This document shows positions 16,952 to 26,927 of a stretch of 64,000 nucleotides of DNA, one piece after another. Source of the DNA: Candidatus Omnitrophota bacterium. GTDB taxonomy: Bacteria > Omnitrophota > Gorgyraeia > Pluralincolimonadales > Pluralincolimonadaceae. Every line of letters starts with the position of its first letter. The first letter of the stretch is position 1. The notes beneath the pieces are model-generated. The model searched no databases. It saw only the letters and a list, made by a program, of their open reading frames with translations, and was not told the DNA's origin. Position numbers and translations under genes: made by a program. The stretch spans positions 1,638-65,637 of the forward strand of contig CAISWF010000170.1 of NCBI GenBank assembly GCA_903889135.1, given 5' to 3'.

Positions 16952-19372
16952 ATGAGATCACCCTTAGCCTGGGTCGCATTTTTCTTATCTCTGGGGATCT
17001 GGATAAGTAATATTATCCGGGTCCCCTTTTTATTCCTGATCGCCGCCTCGGTAATTTCCCTGATAGCCGCTTCAGCGATGATAAAGAAGAAGGCCGCTTC
17101 GCTCGTCTGGCTGTCGGTTGCCTTCCTGTTCATCGGCTGCATCCTTTTCCAGGCAAGGCAGATGCTCCCCGCCGGCCACATCAAGAATTTCACGGGACAT
17201 GACCCAAAAGAAGTTTATGTTGAAGGAATAGTCGTAGACGAACCTGTTTCCGGCGAGACCTTCTACGGCGGCAGGAAGATCGTACTTACGCTGGAAGCGG
17301 AGCGTTTGCAGGCACAGGGGATAAAACATGAAACCGGCGGCAAGGTAAAGGTCTCTTTGACCGGGGACCCCGGCGGGACTGGCGAGGGCTCACCGTCATA
17401 CGGGGACAGGATCCTGGTCAAGGGCAAGCTCTCGACGCCTGCCGGGCCCGGGAATCCCGGCGATTTCGATTACGCCGCTTACCTCGCGCGAAACCGCGTA
17501 TTCTCTGCGTTGAGCGCGAGGGCGCAGGATATTTCCATCCTCGAAAAAGGGAAAGGCAATCCGGTCGTAAGCCTCGCGTATAAGGTGAGGGGAAAGATAG
17601 AAAACCTAATTTCGGGGAACCTTCCCGGCGAGAGCGCGAATTTCCTGAACGCGATACTATTAGGCCTGAGGCAGGGGATGAGCGGCGACCTTAACGACGC
17701 GTTCATGCGGACGGGCACTATCCATCTTATCGCTATAAGCGGCCTCAATGTGGGGCTCATTGTTTTTCTCGTTCTCCTTATTTTGAGCATCATAAGGGTC
17801 CCTAAAAGGACAGGGATGGTCCTCACGATAGCCTTCCTTGTTTTTTATGCCGTTCTCACTAACGGCACACCTTCGGTGGTGAGGGCTACGGTAATGTCCA
17901 TAGCCCTTTTGCTCGGCCTGCTCCTGGACAGGGAGACGTCCCTGTGGAATTCCCTGGGGCTGGCCGCGCTCGTCATACTTTCCTATGATCCCGGCGCGCT
18001 CTTCGATATAGGGTTCCAGCTTTCGTTCGCGTCGGTCATCTCGCTTCTTTATCTTACGCCGAAGATCGAGAGATCTTTCAATTTCGACCGGAAGATGGCC
18101 GCGAGATTCCTGGAAAAATGGAAAAAATACGCGCTCGAGGGTTTTTTCGTATCCCTATCCGCCTGGATAGGCGTCTCGCCGCTCATCTTATATTATTTCA
18201 ATATCGTTACGCCCGTATCGATCGCTGCCAACCTGGTCGCGGTGCCGCTCTCATTCTTGATAACCATGGCCGGCGCTCCTTTCCTCATATTCGGCCTTAT
18301 TTTTCCGCCCGCGGGAAAAATATTTGCCGCGTCAGTATGGCTTCTCTGCGGAACTCTTTTTTCCGCTAACAGTTTTTTCTCGAAGATACCGTTAGCGTAT
18401 ATCTATCTCCCCAAGCCCCCGCTGTTTTTGATGGCCTTATATTATATTTTTGTCGTCGCGTTCGCCGAACGGGAGCGGTTCAAGTTGTCCGGCGCAAAAC
18501 TCTCCACCGCGGCGCTGGTTGTCTTTAACCTGATTATATGGGCAGGCGTCTTACAACCGTACGACGGGAAACTGAAGGCCACATTCCTGGATGTGGGCCA
18601 CGGGGATTCGGTCTTCGTGGAGTTCCCTTACGGCGGCAATATGCTGATAGACGGTGGCACAGGGAGCGGGGAGGACCGGGATTCCGGCAGGAATACGGTG
18701 TTGCCTTTTCTCAGGCAGAAGGGGATACAGGTGCTGGATGCAGTAGTCCTGACGCACCCTGACATCGACCACGTCGGCGGTCTCGCCTCGGTCCTGGAAG
18801 GGTTGAAGGTAAGATACGTATTCGACAACGGGGCGGGATCCGATACTTATGCTTTCAGGCGCTTTAGACGGGTGCAGGAAAACGTGCCGGGATTAAAACG
18901 TTTTATTTTGAAGCGGCATGATTCAATAGAGGGGATAAAGGACACCGGCATCCTGTGTTTCAGCCCGCCGGACGGCTGGATAAAGGACCCCAACATCCCG
19001 GCGAACGACGCCTCCCTTGCCTTGAGGGTAGGATTCGGGGATACGGTGATGCTCTTTTGCGGGGATATGGGGGAAAAGGCCGTATCCGAAGCCATGCTGG
19101 ACTCGCCGAAGCTCCTGAAGGCGGACTTGTTGATGCTGCCCCACCACGGCGAAAAGATGAACCCCGAAAGGGAGGCTTTCATCGACTGGGTCAAGCCGTC
19201 TTATGCCGTGATCTCCCAGGGAAGCGCCGCCGGGGAAACGGCCCGCTCGGAAGAGGTCTCCGGCCTCCTTTTCGCGAAAGGGATAAAGGTCTTCAGGACC
19301 AACAAGGGAGGGGCGGTTTTTGCCGTCACCGACGGCAAGGAACTTTCTTTAGATAATTTCGAAAGCAAATAA
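16952..19372 (+). CDS. comEC: ComEC/Rec2 DNA uptake channel with metallo-beta-lactamase domain
   Basis: NPGDFDY, HLIAISGLNV, GFQLSF, DVGHGD, THPDIDHVGG, PHHG. Confidence 0.93.
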   Translation: MRSPLAWVAFFLSLGIWISNIIRVPFLFLIAASVISLIAASAMIKKKAASLVWLSVAFLFIGCILFQARQMLPAGHIKNFTGHDPKEVYVEGIVVDEPVSGETFYGGRKIVLTLEAERLQAQGIKHETGGKVKVSLTGDPGGTGEGSPSYGDRILVKGKLSTPAGPGNPGDFDYAAYLARNRVFSALSARAQDISILEKGKGNPVVSLAYKVRGKIENLISGNLPGESANFLNAILLGLRQGMSGDLNDAFMRTGTIHLIAISGLNVGLIVFLVLLILSIIRVPKRTGMVLTIAFLVFYAVLTNGTPSVVRATVMSIALLLGLLLDRETSLWNSLGLAALVILSYDPGALFDIGFQLSFASVISLLYLTPKIERSFNFDRKMAARFLEKWKKYALEGFFVSLSAWIGVSPLILYYFNIVTPVSIAANLVAVPLSFLITMAGAPFLIFGLIFPPAGKIFAASVWLLCGTLFSANSFFSKIPLAYIYLPKPPLFLMALYYIFVVAFAERERFKLSGAKLSTAALVVFNLIIWAGVLQPYDGKLKATFLDVGHGDSVFVEFPYGGNMLIDGGTGSGEDRDSGRNTVLPFLRQKGIQVLDAVVLTHPDIDHVGGLASVLEGLKVRYVFDNGAGSDTYAFRRFRRVQENVPGLKRFILKRHDSIEGIKDTGILCFSPPDGWIKDPNIPANDASLALRVGFGDTVMLFCGDMGEKAVSEAMLDSPKLLKADLLMLPHHGEKMNPEREAFIDWVKPSYAVISQGSAAGETARSEEVSGLLFAKGIKVFRTNKGGAVFAVTDGKELSLDNFESK

Positions 19373-19383
19373 GCAATTTCACG

Positions 19384-19412
19384 TTGACAAATCCCGCTTT
19401 GAAGTATAAAAT
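19384..19412 (+). promoter_or_regulatory. sigma70 promoter
   Basis: TTGACA-17nt-TAAAAT. Confidence 0.75.
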
Positions 19413-19434
19413 TGATTCTACGAAGGGGGAATAT

Positions 19435-19797
19435 ATGTATTGGAACGACGATTTCCCTGAGAGAAGGCAGCAGCAGAGGGTCAATATGACCATGTCCGTG
19501 CAGTATCGGGGGATAAGGCAGGCGAGCAACTCTGTTGTAAGCGCTATATCGAGGGATATTTCCAGCGGCGGCGCCCGCCTTTTGGTGAATGAATTCATCT
19601 CGGTCTTTACGCGCCTTATCCTGGAGATAACTGTGCCTTCCGCGCCAAAGCCGGTCAGGGCGGTCTCGAAGATCACCTGGGTACGTAAAAGGCCGTATGG
19701 CGAACAATATGAAGTCGGAGCCCAGTTCATGGAGATGTCGGAAGAAGACAAAAGGGGCGTAGTCGACTTCATAGAGAAGTCGGTCCCCAGAACATAG
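19435..19797 (+). CDS. Stand-alone PilZ domain protein
   Basis: RQQQR (RxxxR) and DISSGG (DxSxxG); ATG 19435 after AAGGGGG SD. Confidence 0.88.
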   Translation: MYWNDDFPERRQQQRVNMTMSVQYRGIRQASNSVVSAISRDISSGGARLLVNEFISVFTRLILEITVPSAPKPVRAVSKITWVRKRPYGEQYEVGAQFMEMSEEDKRGVVDFIEKSVPRT

Positions 19798-19836
19798 GCC
19801 CATCTTGATACCGAAAATTAAAACACGAGATAATTA

Positions 19837-20793
19837 ATGAAAAAGTATATTTTTGCGGCCGTGACGGTTTTTTTGCTCCTTTCGGCCTCACCATCGTCGT
19901 ACGCCTACTGGATCTGGACGCCGCAGACCGGGACCTGGATAAATCCCAAATGGGCGGTAAAGGACACTCCCCAGGAGCAGTTCGACTGGGCGATGAAGTT
20001 CTTTAAAGCGAAAGATTATAAAAAGGCCGCTGAGGAGTTCTTAAGGCTCGTCCGCTTCTTTCCGCAGGCCGAACTCGCCGCCGAATCTCAGTATTACGCC
20101 GGGAAATCTTACGAGGCGCTCGAGGAGTATGAGCAGGCGTTCTACGCTTATCAGAAAGGGATAGAGACGTATCCGTTCTCAAAACGCCTTGATGAGATGA
20201 CGGAGCGCGAATACCAGATAGCAGGAAAATTCTATGCCGGGGAAAAGGTCAAACTCTGGGGCATACCGACGTTCCCGTCGGTATTTAAGGCCATAGAGAT
20301 GTACCAGAAGGTAGTTGATAACGCGCCGTACGGGAAGTACGCCGAACAGTCGCTCTTCAAGATAGGGGAATGCTACAAGAAGGCGGGTGATTTCCAGCAG
20401 GCGAGGCTCGCGTTCCAGAAGCTGGTCGACGAGCACCCGGAGAGCAAGCTCGCCGAGGAGGCTAATTTCCAGGTCGGGCTCTGCGCTTCCAAGGCGTCCC
20501 TGAAACCCAGTTACGACCAGTCGGTCACCGATGACGCGCTCAAGGAGATAGAGGATTTCGCGAAACGCCATCCGGAATCGAAGCTTACCGGCGAGGCGGA
20601 CAAGATGCACCAGTCCCTGCGCGAGAAAAAGGCCGAGAGCGATTACACTATCGCGGAATTTTACTGGAAACAGGGATGGTTGGAATCTGCCGAAGTATAT
20701 TACAAGAACATAATAGCTAATTTCCCGGACACGGCCACAGCCAAGAAGGCCGAGGAAAGGTTAAAGATAATAGAGAAGAGGGCGAGAAGATGA
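19837..20793 (+). CDS. bamD: Outer-membrane assembly factor BamD-like TPR protein
   Basis: Signal peptide, TPR repeats, YDQSVTDDAL motif; upstream of lptE-holA. Confidence 0.8.
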   Translation: MKKYIFAAVTVFLLLSASPSSYAYWIWTPQTGTWINPKWAVKDTPQEQFDWAMKFFKAKDYKKAAEEFLRLVRFFPQAELAAESQYYAGKSYEALEEYEQAFYAYQKGIETYPFSKRLDEMTEREYQIAGKFYAGEKVKLWGIPTFPSVFKAIEMYQKVVDNAPYGKYAEQSLFKIGECYKKAGDFQQARLAFQKLVDEHPESKLAEEANFQVGLCASKASLKPSYDQSVTDDALKEIEDFAKRHPESKLTGEADKMHQSLREKKAESDYTIAEFYWKQGWLESAEVYYKNIIANFPDTATAKKAEERLKIIEKRARR

Positions 20794-21344
20794 AAAAGCT
20801 GCTTGTATTTTTGTTGATGTTGTCCTGCGCCGTCTCGCTCGCGGGGTGCGGTTACGCCACTCATTCGACCACTTACAGAAAATCCACAAAGATATACATA
20901 AAGCCCTTTGAGAATAAGGTAGACCTGAATATCAACACGGAGTATTCAGACCGCAACCCTTACAGGTTATATCGCGCCGGGATGGAAACGAAGATAACGG
21001 ACGCGGTAATAAACAGGTTCCTCGTCGACGGTTATCTGAAGGTCGTCTCGCAGCAGGACGACGCGGACCTGATCTTAAGCGGGGCGCTCATCAATTTCGA
21101 CAAACAGCCGTTAAGATACGACCAGCGCAGCGAGAATGTCGACGAATACAGGGCCAATATCGTGGTAGACATGTCTCTTGAGAACGTGTCCCAGAAAAAG
21201 GCAGTCTGGAGCGAAAAAGGATTTGTGGGTTTCTTTGAATATAACCAGTCCGGGACGGGCGCCGTAGCCGAGGATACCGCTATAACTAACGCGATCGCGG
21301 ACCTGGCGAAAAGGGTAGTCGAAAGGACTGTCGAGGATTGGTAG
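20790..21344 (+). CDS. lptE: LptE-like lipoprotein
   Basis: LAGCGY lipobox, IYIKPFEN, ADLILSG, ends VEDW; precedes holA. Confidence 0.8.
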   Translation: MKKLLVFLLMLSCAVSLAGCGYATHSTTYRKSTKIYIKPFENKVDLNINTEYSDRNPYRLYRAGMETKITDAVINRFLVDGYLKVVSQQDDADLILSGALINFDKQPLRYDQRSENVDEYRANIVVDMSLENVSQKKAVWSEKGFVGFFEYNQSGTGAVAEDTAITNAIADLAKRVVERTVEDW

Positions 21345-22225
21345 GTATCTTCCTCTTTTTAGGAACAGAGAACGCCCTTAAAGAAGAAACCCTCCGTGAA
21401 CTGAAAGATAAGACCCTCTCCGGAGGGAATCCCGACCTCAATTACAACATATTCTATCCCGACCAGTTCGACCCCCACGCTTTCCAGGATGCCGTAAATA
21501 CCAATCCGTTCCTCAGCCCCGCCCGTTTCGTCGTGATAAGAGATATAGATAAACTGCCGCAGGAAGCCAGGGATTCGGTCATGAATTACGCAAAGAGCCC
21601 TTCGGGGACCACTACCCTGGTCATGACCGCCGGCCTGTCGCCCAGGGAGGCGGCCGGAGACCCGTTCATTTCAGGGTTGTCGGGATTGGCCGAGGTCAGG
21701 GATTTCGAGAACTTAAGCGGGGAAAGCCTAAGGCGTTATATCCTCGGGAAGGCCACCCTTTACAAAAAAGAGATGGGCCGCGAGGCGGTCGAGTTGCTTA
21801 TATCGAAGATCGGGAGCGACCTTCAGAAATTACGCATGGCGGTGGAGAAACTCGCGAATTATACCGGGGACCGCGCGGCGATAGGGAAGGCGGACGTCGA
21901 GGCGCTCGTCGGAAGGTCTCTTGACGAGACGGTATTTGACATGACAGGGGCGATGATAGACGGGCAAGTCTCGCGCTCTCTTTTGATATTATCAGGACTA
22001 TTGAGGGAATCGGTGCGCCCGGAGAATGTAATAGGGGCGATGGCCGCCGCGGTAAAACGCGCCGCAAGGTCGAAGGGCTCGCCGGACAGGGCCAAAAAAT
22101 GGCTTAAAAAGGCGCTTTCTTACCTGGCCGAGGCGGACCGCGACTGCAAAAACAGGGACCTCGATAAAAGGGTTATCCTGGAATCTCTCGTGGTGAGGTT
22201 ATCCGAGCTTGGCGAGCTTGCTTAA
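21338..22225 (+). CDS. holA: DNA polymerase III delta subunit
   Basis: FLFLGTE, PFLSPARFVVI, VEKLANY, TVFDM; adjacent to rpsT. Confidence 0.85.
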   Translation: MVGIFLFLGTENALKEETLRELKDKTLSGGNPDLNYNIFYPDQFDPHAFQDAVNTNPFLSPARFVVIRDIDKLPQEARDSVMNYAKSPSGTTTLVMTAGLSPREAAGDPFISGLSGLAEVRDFENLSGESLRRYILGKATLYKKEMGREAVELLISKIGSDLQKLRMAVEKLANYTGDRAAIGKADVEALVGRSLDETVFDMTGAMIDGQVSRSLLILSGLLRESVRPENVIGAMAAAVKRAARSKGSPDRAKKWLKKALSYLAEADRDCKNRDLDKRVILESLVVRLSELGELA

Positions 22226-22462
22226 GATGCGGGCTCTCTTGCGCGATACCGTATTCCTGTGTATCATGCCCTTGGAACGCGCCCTGTCAAGTTTGGAGAC
22301 GAGGGCGATGCCGAGTTTTTTGGCTTCATCGGCCTTTTTCGCGGCCAAAGCCATCGTGAACTTCTTGGTCAAGGACTTGAGTTCGGTCTCGACCTTCTGG
22401 TTCCTCGCGCGCTTTTTCTTGTCCTGGCGTATAGCTTTGAATGCGGATTTCAGATTAGGCAA
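22199..22462 (-). CDS. rpsT: 30S ribosomal protein S20
   Basis: TTG start after AAGGAG; PNLKSAFK...RN...KGMIHRNTVSRKRARI. Confidence 0.93.
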   Translation of the reverse strand: MPNLKSAFKAIRQDKKKRARNQKVETELKSLTKKFTMALAAKKADEAKKLGIALVSKLDRARSKGMIHRNTVSRKRARILSKLAKLG

Positions 22463-22494
22463 TTCTGTTTCTCCTTTCGAATTACGATTGTGTA

Positions 22495-22523
22495 AAAATA
22501 CCATATAAGGCGGGAAATGTCAA
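22495..22523 (-). promoter_or_regulatory. rpsT promoter overlapping the murJ start
   Basis: TTGACA-17nt-TATTTT; the -35 box is the complement of murJ (A)TGTCAA. Confidence 0.65.
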
Positions 22524-24067
22524 CACATAAATCTCTGGCGAAATCGGCGGGAGTGATAGGCCTCGGCATATCCGCGAGCCGCATCCTGGGTTTCATAAGG
22601 GATATAATAATTGCCGGCATGTTCGGGACCACGTCCATAGCTATCCAGGCGTTTACCGTAGCCTTCAGGATACCTAACCTGCTGCGCGACCTGGTAGGTG
22701 AAGGCGCGGCAAACGCGGCATTTGTGCCGGTCCTGACCGGTTATATCGCAACGAAGTCGAAAGAAGAGTTCTGGAAACTGGCGCGGGTGCTCCTCAATAC
22801 CATGACGGTCGTCCTGGCGGCCTTGACCTTGATCGGGGTAATGTTCGCTCCGGCCATAGTGGCGATAATATCGCCTGGTTTCATCAAAAATGCCGAGTTG
22901 TTCCAGATGACCGTTACCCTGACGCGGATGATGTTCCCGTACATATTCCTGATCGGCCTTACTGCCTATGCCACCGGCGTGCTGAATTCGATGAAGCTTT
23001 TCGGGGCGGCCTCTTTCAGCCAGCCTCTTTGGAATCTTGTATTTATCCTGGCGGCCGTATTCCTATGCCCGGTAATGAAAGTTCCCGTTATGGGGCTTGT
23101 CGTCGGCGTCCTGGCCGGCGGCCTGTTGCAATTATTGGTCCAGGTGCCGCAGCTGATGGGACGGGGGCTGGGGTTGCCGCGTTTCAACAGGTTCAGGCAT
23201 CCGGCCTCGGCCGAGATAGGGAAATTGCTGTTGCCGAGAGCGGTAGCTTCGAGCGTCTACCAGCTGAACGTGATGTTCGATACGGCGGTGGCGTCGCTGT
23301 CAGGGATCGTAGGTGACGGCGCGATCATGGCCATATATTATTCGAACAGGCTGTGGCAGCTGCCTCTGGCGATATTCAGCACCGCGATCTCACAGGCCAT
23401 GCTCCCGACTTTATCCGAACATGCCGCGCAGAAGGATACGGAGAAGTTCAAGGATACGCTTTCATTCTCGCTTCGCTCCGTATTTTTCATAACGATACCC
23501 GCGGCCGTCGGGCTTATAGTCCTCTCGGAGCCGATAGTGCGCACGTTGTTCCAAAGAGGCGCTTTCGACGCATATTCCACAAAAATAACATCATCTGCGC
23601 TATTGTATTTTTCGATAGGGCTTTGTTCATATGCCGGAGTCAAAGTCCTTACCTCGGCATTCTATTCGCTCAAGGACACGAGGACGCCGCTCAAGAACTC
23701 TTTTATGGCATTTTTACTGAATGCGGCGCTGAACCTTATCTTAATGTTCCCGATGAAGGTCGGAGGGCTCGCCCTTGCCACATCCATCGCGAGCATGTTC
23801 AACTTCTGTTCGCTTTTTTATCTTTTAAGGAAAAAGATAGGCCCGCTTGGGGGCCGCGCGATACTCGCTTCATTCGCGCGCGCCATGATACCCGGGATCA
23901 TAATGGCGATAGTCCTCGTCTGGTTTAATGCCGTCTTGCACTTCAGGCCGGTCCTTCACATGATAGTCGTCATCCTCGCCGGCATGGCCTCGTTCTTTAC
24001 CGCCTGCCTGATATTCGACGTAAAAGAATTCAAGGGATTCATGAAATGGATATTAAGGAGAAGCTGA
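22517..24067 (+). CDS. murJ: Lipid II flippase MurJ
   Basis: SRILGFIRD, AFRIPNLLRDLVGEGA, RLWQLPL, FQRGAF. Confidence 0.96.
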   Translation: MSTHKSLAKSAGVIGLGISASRILGFIRDIIIAGMFGTTSIAIQAFTVAFRIPNLLRDLVGEGAANAAFVPVLTGYIATKSKEEFWKLARVLLNTMTVVLAALTLIGVMFAPAIVAIISPGFIKNAELFQMTVTLTRMMFPYIFLIGLTAYATGVLNSMKLFGAASFSQPLWNLVFILAAVFLCPVMKVPVMGLVVGVLAGGLLQLLVQVPQLMGRGLGLPRFNRFRHPASAEIGKLLLPRAVASSVYQLNVMFDTAVASLSGIVGDGAIMAIYYSNRLWQLPLAIFSTAISQAMLPTLSEHAAQKDTEKFKDTLSFSLRSVFFITIPAAVGLIVLSEPIVRTLFQRGAFDAYSTKITSSALLYFSIGLCSYAGVKVLTSAFYSLKDTRTPLKNSFMAFLLNAALNLILMFPMKVGGLALATSIASMFNFCSLFYLLRKKIGPLGGRAILASFARAMIPGIIMAIVLVWFNAVLHFRPVLHMIVVILAGMASFFTACLIFDVKEFKGFMKWILRRS

Positions 24068-25356
24068 GGGCCCCGGTCCTGATGAAATTCAAAGAATTTC
24101 TCAGGGACGTACCGGACCAGCCCGGCGTATATATCTTTAAGGATGAAAGCGGGAAGGTGCTGTATGTAGGCAAGGCGTCGTCCTTGCGCAACAGGGTCCG
24201 CTCGTATTTCCAGAGGTCGAAAGACCACGGCCCGAGGATAGGCGCCCTCGTAAACAATATCCGCGATATGGATTGGATCCCGACGGCGACAGAGGCAGAT
24301 GCGCTCCTCTATGAATCGAACCTCATAAAAGAATACCAGCCGAAATACAACGTCGACCTCCGCGACAGCAAGACATACCCGCTTATCAAGATATCGATGT
24401 CCGAGGAATTTCCCCGCGTAATGATCGCGCGCGGGAAAAAGAGCGATGGTTCGCTCTACTTCGGGCCGTACACGGACGCGGGACTTTTGCGCGAAGCCGT
24501 AAAGGCGATCCGAAAGATATTCATGTTCCGGACATGCGCCTCCCTGCCGAAGAAGGCGTGCGTATATGACGACCTCGGGCTTTGCTCGGCGCCGTGCGAA
24601 GGAAAGATCTCGAGAGAAGAATACGCCGAAAGGATCAGGGAGGTCATCCTCTTTATTGAGGGGAAGAAGGGTGAGCTGATAAAGAAGCTGACGGAGAAGA
24701 TGAAGAGGTGCGCCGGCGAAGAAAAATTCGAGGAAGCAGCCGAAGCGCGCAACCAGATAGAGGCGCTTAGCACGGCAGTGCATAAAAGGTCGGGCATAGG
24801 GCCAGCCGGGCCCGGCGAATTGGCCGAAGTCCTGGGCCTTAAAAAAGTTCCTGCGCGCATCGAGGCATTCGACATATCGAATATCAAAGGGGAAGAAGCC
24901 TGCGGCTCGATGGTCACATTCAAAGACGGCAGGCCGGAGAAATCGAAATACAGGATGTTCAAGATACGAGAGGTCGAGGGCCAGGACGATTACGCGATGA
25001 TGCGCGAAGTGGTAAGGCGCAGGTATACGGGCTCCCTGAAAGACAAGTTGTCCAAGCCTGACCTGGTGATCATCGACGGGGGGAGGGGCCACCTCTCTGC
25101 CGCGGCGCAAGAGATACGGGCGGCCGGCTTGAAGGACGTCCCGGTCATCGGCATTGCAAAAGTCTTTGAGCACATATATACTTTAGGCAGGGATCTGCCG
25201 ATCGCGCTGCCGCCGTCATCAAAGGCGCTGCAATTGATACAGCGGATACGCGACGAATCGCACAGGTTCGCTATAAGGTACCATCACATATTAAGGAGAA
25301 AGGCGCTGATCGGTGAAAAAAGAACGAAAAAGGTCCGAAAGTGCAAATCCCGTTAG
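24046..25356 (+). CDS. uvrC: Excinuclease ABC subunit C, short form lacking C-terminal HhH
   Basis: PGVY...YVGKA GIY-YIG domain, IEAFDISN, DDYAMM, IDGGRG, RDESHRFA; alternative start at 24082. Confidence 0.9.
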   Translation: MDIKEKLRAPVLMKFKEFLRDVPDQPGVYIFKDESGKVLYVGKASSLRNRVRSYFQRSKDHGPRIGALVNNIRDMDWIPTATEADALLYESNLIKEYQPKYNVDLRDSKTYPLIKISMSEEFPRVMIARGKKSDGSLYFGPYTDAGLLREAVKAIRKIFMFRTCASLPKKACVYDDLGLCSAPCEGKISREEYAERIREVILFIEGKKGELIKKLTEKMKRCAGEEKFEEAAEARNQIEALSTAVHKRSGIGPAGPGELAEVLGLKKVPARIEAFDISNIKGEEACGSMVTFKDGRPEKSKYRMFKIREVEGQDDYAMMREVVRRRYTGSLKDKLSKPDLVIIDGGRGHLSAAAQEIRAAGLKDVPVIGIAKVFEHIYTLGRDLPIALPPSSKALQLIQRIRDESHRFAIRYHHILRRKALIGEKRTKKVRKCKSR

Positions 25357-25660
25357 AAAAAGATTTTCTAACGGGGCGCAAAGGAATAAGCTGTTTGACG
25401 GGTGCACCGTATTCGAGATAAGCGTTTACGAGTGTATCATGAAGATACCCTCGGGCGAGACGCGCTCGTACGCGTGGGTCGCCGGAAAGATCGGCAAGCC
25501 CAAAGCCACCCGCGCCGTCGCGCAGGCCCTACACCGTAACCCCTGGCCGCTCATCATTCCCTGCCACCGCGTCGTCGCATCAGACGGCAATGTCGGCGGC
25601 TATGCCTACGGGATCTCGCTTAAAAAAATGCTGTTATCATTGGAAAAGAAGATAGATTAA
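25313..25660 (+). CDS. Single-domain O6-alkylguanine DNA alkyltransferase (MGMT/Ogt-like)
   Basis: IPSGETRSY, RAVAQA, IPCHRVV; start codon (GTG) uncertain. Confidence 0.85.
   Translation: MKKERKRSESANPVRKRFSNGAQRNKLFDGCTVFEISVYECIMKIPSGETRSYAWVAGKIGKPKATRAVAQALHRNPWPLIIPCHRVVASDGNVGGYAYGISLKKMLLSLEKKID
25349..25375. repeat. Perfect 12-bp inverted repeat within coding sequence
   Basis: CCCGTTAGAAAA-AGA-TTTTCTAACGGG; contains the uvrC stop and lies in the MGMT frame. Confidence 0.8.
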
Positions 25661-25712
25661 TGGCGACAGCCCCCATGCAGGGGATCGTTACCGGAATTGC
25701 CCCCATTTGCCC

Positions 25713-25741
25713 TTGTCTTATCCCCTCTAAACTGGTATAAT
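25713..25741 (+). promoter_or_regulatory. sigma70 promoter of prfB-secA-lnt
   Basis: TTGTCT-17nt-TATAAT with TG extension. Confidence 0.7.
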
Positions 25742-25774
25742 TTTAATCCTGTAATTGCCTTACGGAGGATGATC

Positions 25775-26918
25775 ATGCTTGAGGAGCTTAAGAAGAAAAT
25801 AAAGCAGGCGCAAGAGACATTAGCCAACCTGCGGAGGTATCTTTGACCTCGATGCCGCAGGGAAGAATATAGCGGAATTTGAAGGGAAGATGGCTGCCCC
25901 GGGCTTCTGGGACGACCAGCAGAAGGCCAACAAGATAATCGCCGAAATGAAGTCGTTCAAGGCCCGCCTCGATCCGTGGCAGGCTTGCAATAAGGAGCTC
26001 GAGGAGCTTTCAGGGCTCGCCGAGATAACAGAACCCTCCGACGAGGCCTCGATATCCCAGCTTTCAAAAGATCTGGATACGTTAGCGAATAAGATAAGCC
26101 GCATAGAATTCACCGCTTTATTCTCCGGAGAACACGACAAGTCCGGCGCCATACTTTCCATTAACGCGGGCGCCGGCGGCACCGAGTCGTGCGACTGGGC
26201 GGCCATGCTCTTCAGGATGTATGTCCGCTACGCGCAGAACAAGGGCTATAAGGTCGAGGTCCTTGACTATCTGGCCGGAGAGGAAGCCGGCGTAAAGAAC
26301 GTCACGATGCTGGTCAAAGGCGATTACGCCTTCGGTTATTTAAAGTCCGAGCGCGGTGTTCACCGGCTCGTCAGGATATCCCCGTTCGATTCGAATAAGA
26401 GGCGGCACACGTCGTTCGCCTCGGTGGATGTCATCCCGGAGGTCGAGGAGGAGGCGGATATCCCGGTCGACGAGAAGGACCTGCGCATCGACGTCTACCG
26501 CGCGTCAGGACCGGGAGGGCAGGGAGTGAACACGACGGACTCGGCGGTGCGCATCACCCATATCCCGACCGGCCTCGTCGTCCAATGCCAGAACGAGCGC
26601 TCCCAGTTGAAAAACAAGCATTCCGCGATGAAAGTGCTGAAGGCGCGGCTCTTCGAAAAGAAACAGCAGGAGCAGGAAGAAAAAATAAAGACGATGTATT
26701 CGGAGAAACAGAAGATAGAATGGGGCAGCCAGATACGCTCTTACGTGCTGCACCCGTACATGATGGTAAAGGACCATAGGACGGAATACGAGACGGGAAA
26801 GGCGAACCAGGTGATCGACGGCGAACTTGATGAATTAATAGAGGCTTATGTTAAATTTTCGGCCGGGCAAGGTCCCGGCGCAGCAGGCAAGGTCCCGCCC
26901 CAGCGGGAGAAAAAATAG
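25775..26918 (+). CDS. prfB: Peptide chain release factor 2, programmed +1 frameshift, join(25775..25843,25845..26918)
   Basis: 23-codon ORF ending GGAGG-TAT-CTT-TGA-C; the +1 frame continues into the SPF and GGQ motifs. Confidence 0.97.
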
Positions 26919-26927
26919 GGATATAAA

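Noticed and set aside
19384-19434. TTG start extension of the PilZ ORF (likewise 2904 for the lipoprotein and 22504 for rpsT)
   Set aside because: These upstream starts fall inside promoter sequences; better starts exist downstream.
23956-25173. 405-aa antisense ORF over uvrC, and similar long antisense ORFs at 27033-28292, 29873-30943 and 46210-47502
   Set aside because: They lie wholly opposite well-conserved genes, show no recognisable motifs, and are expected shadows of codon bias.
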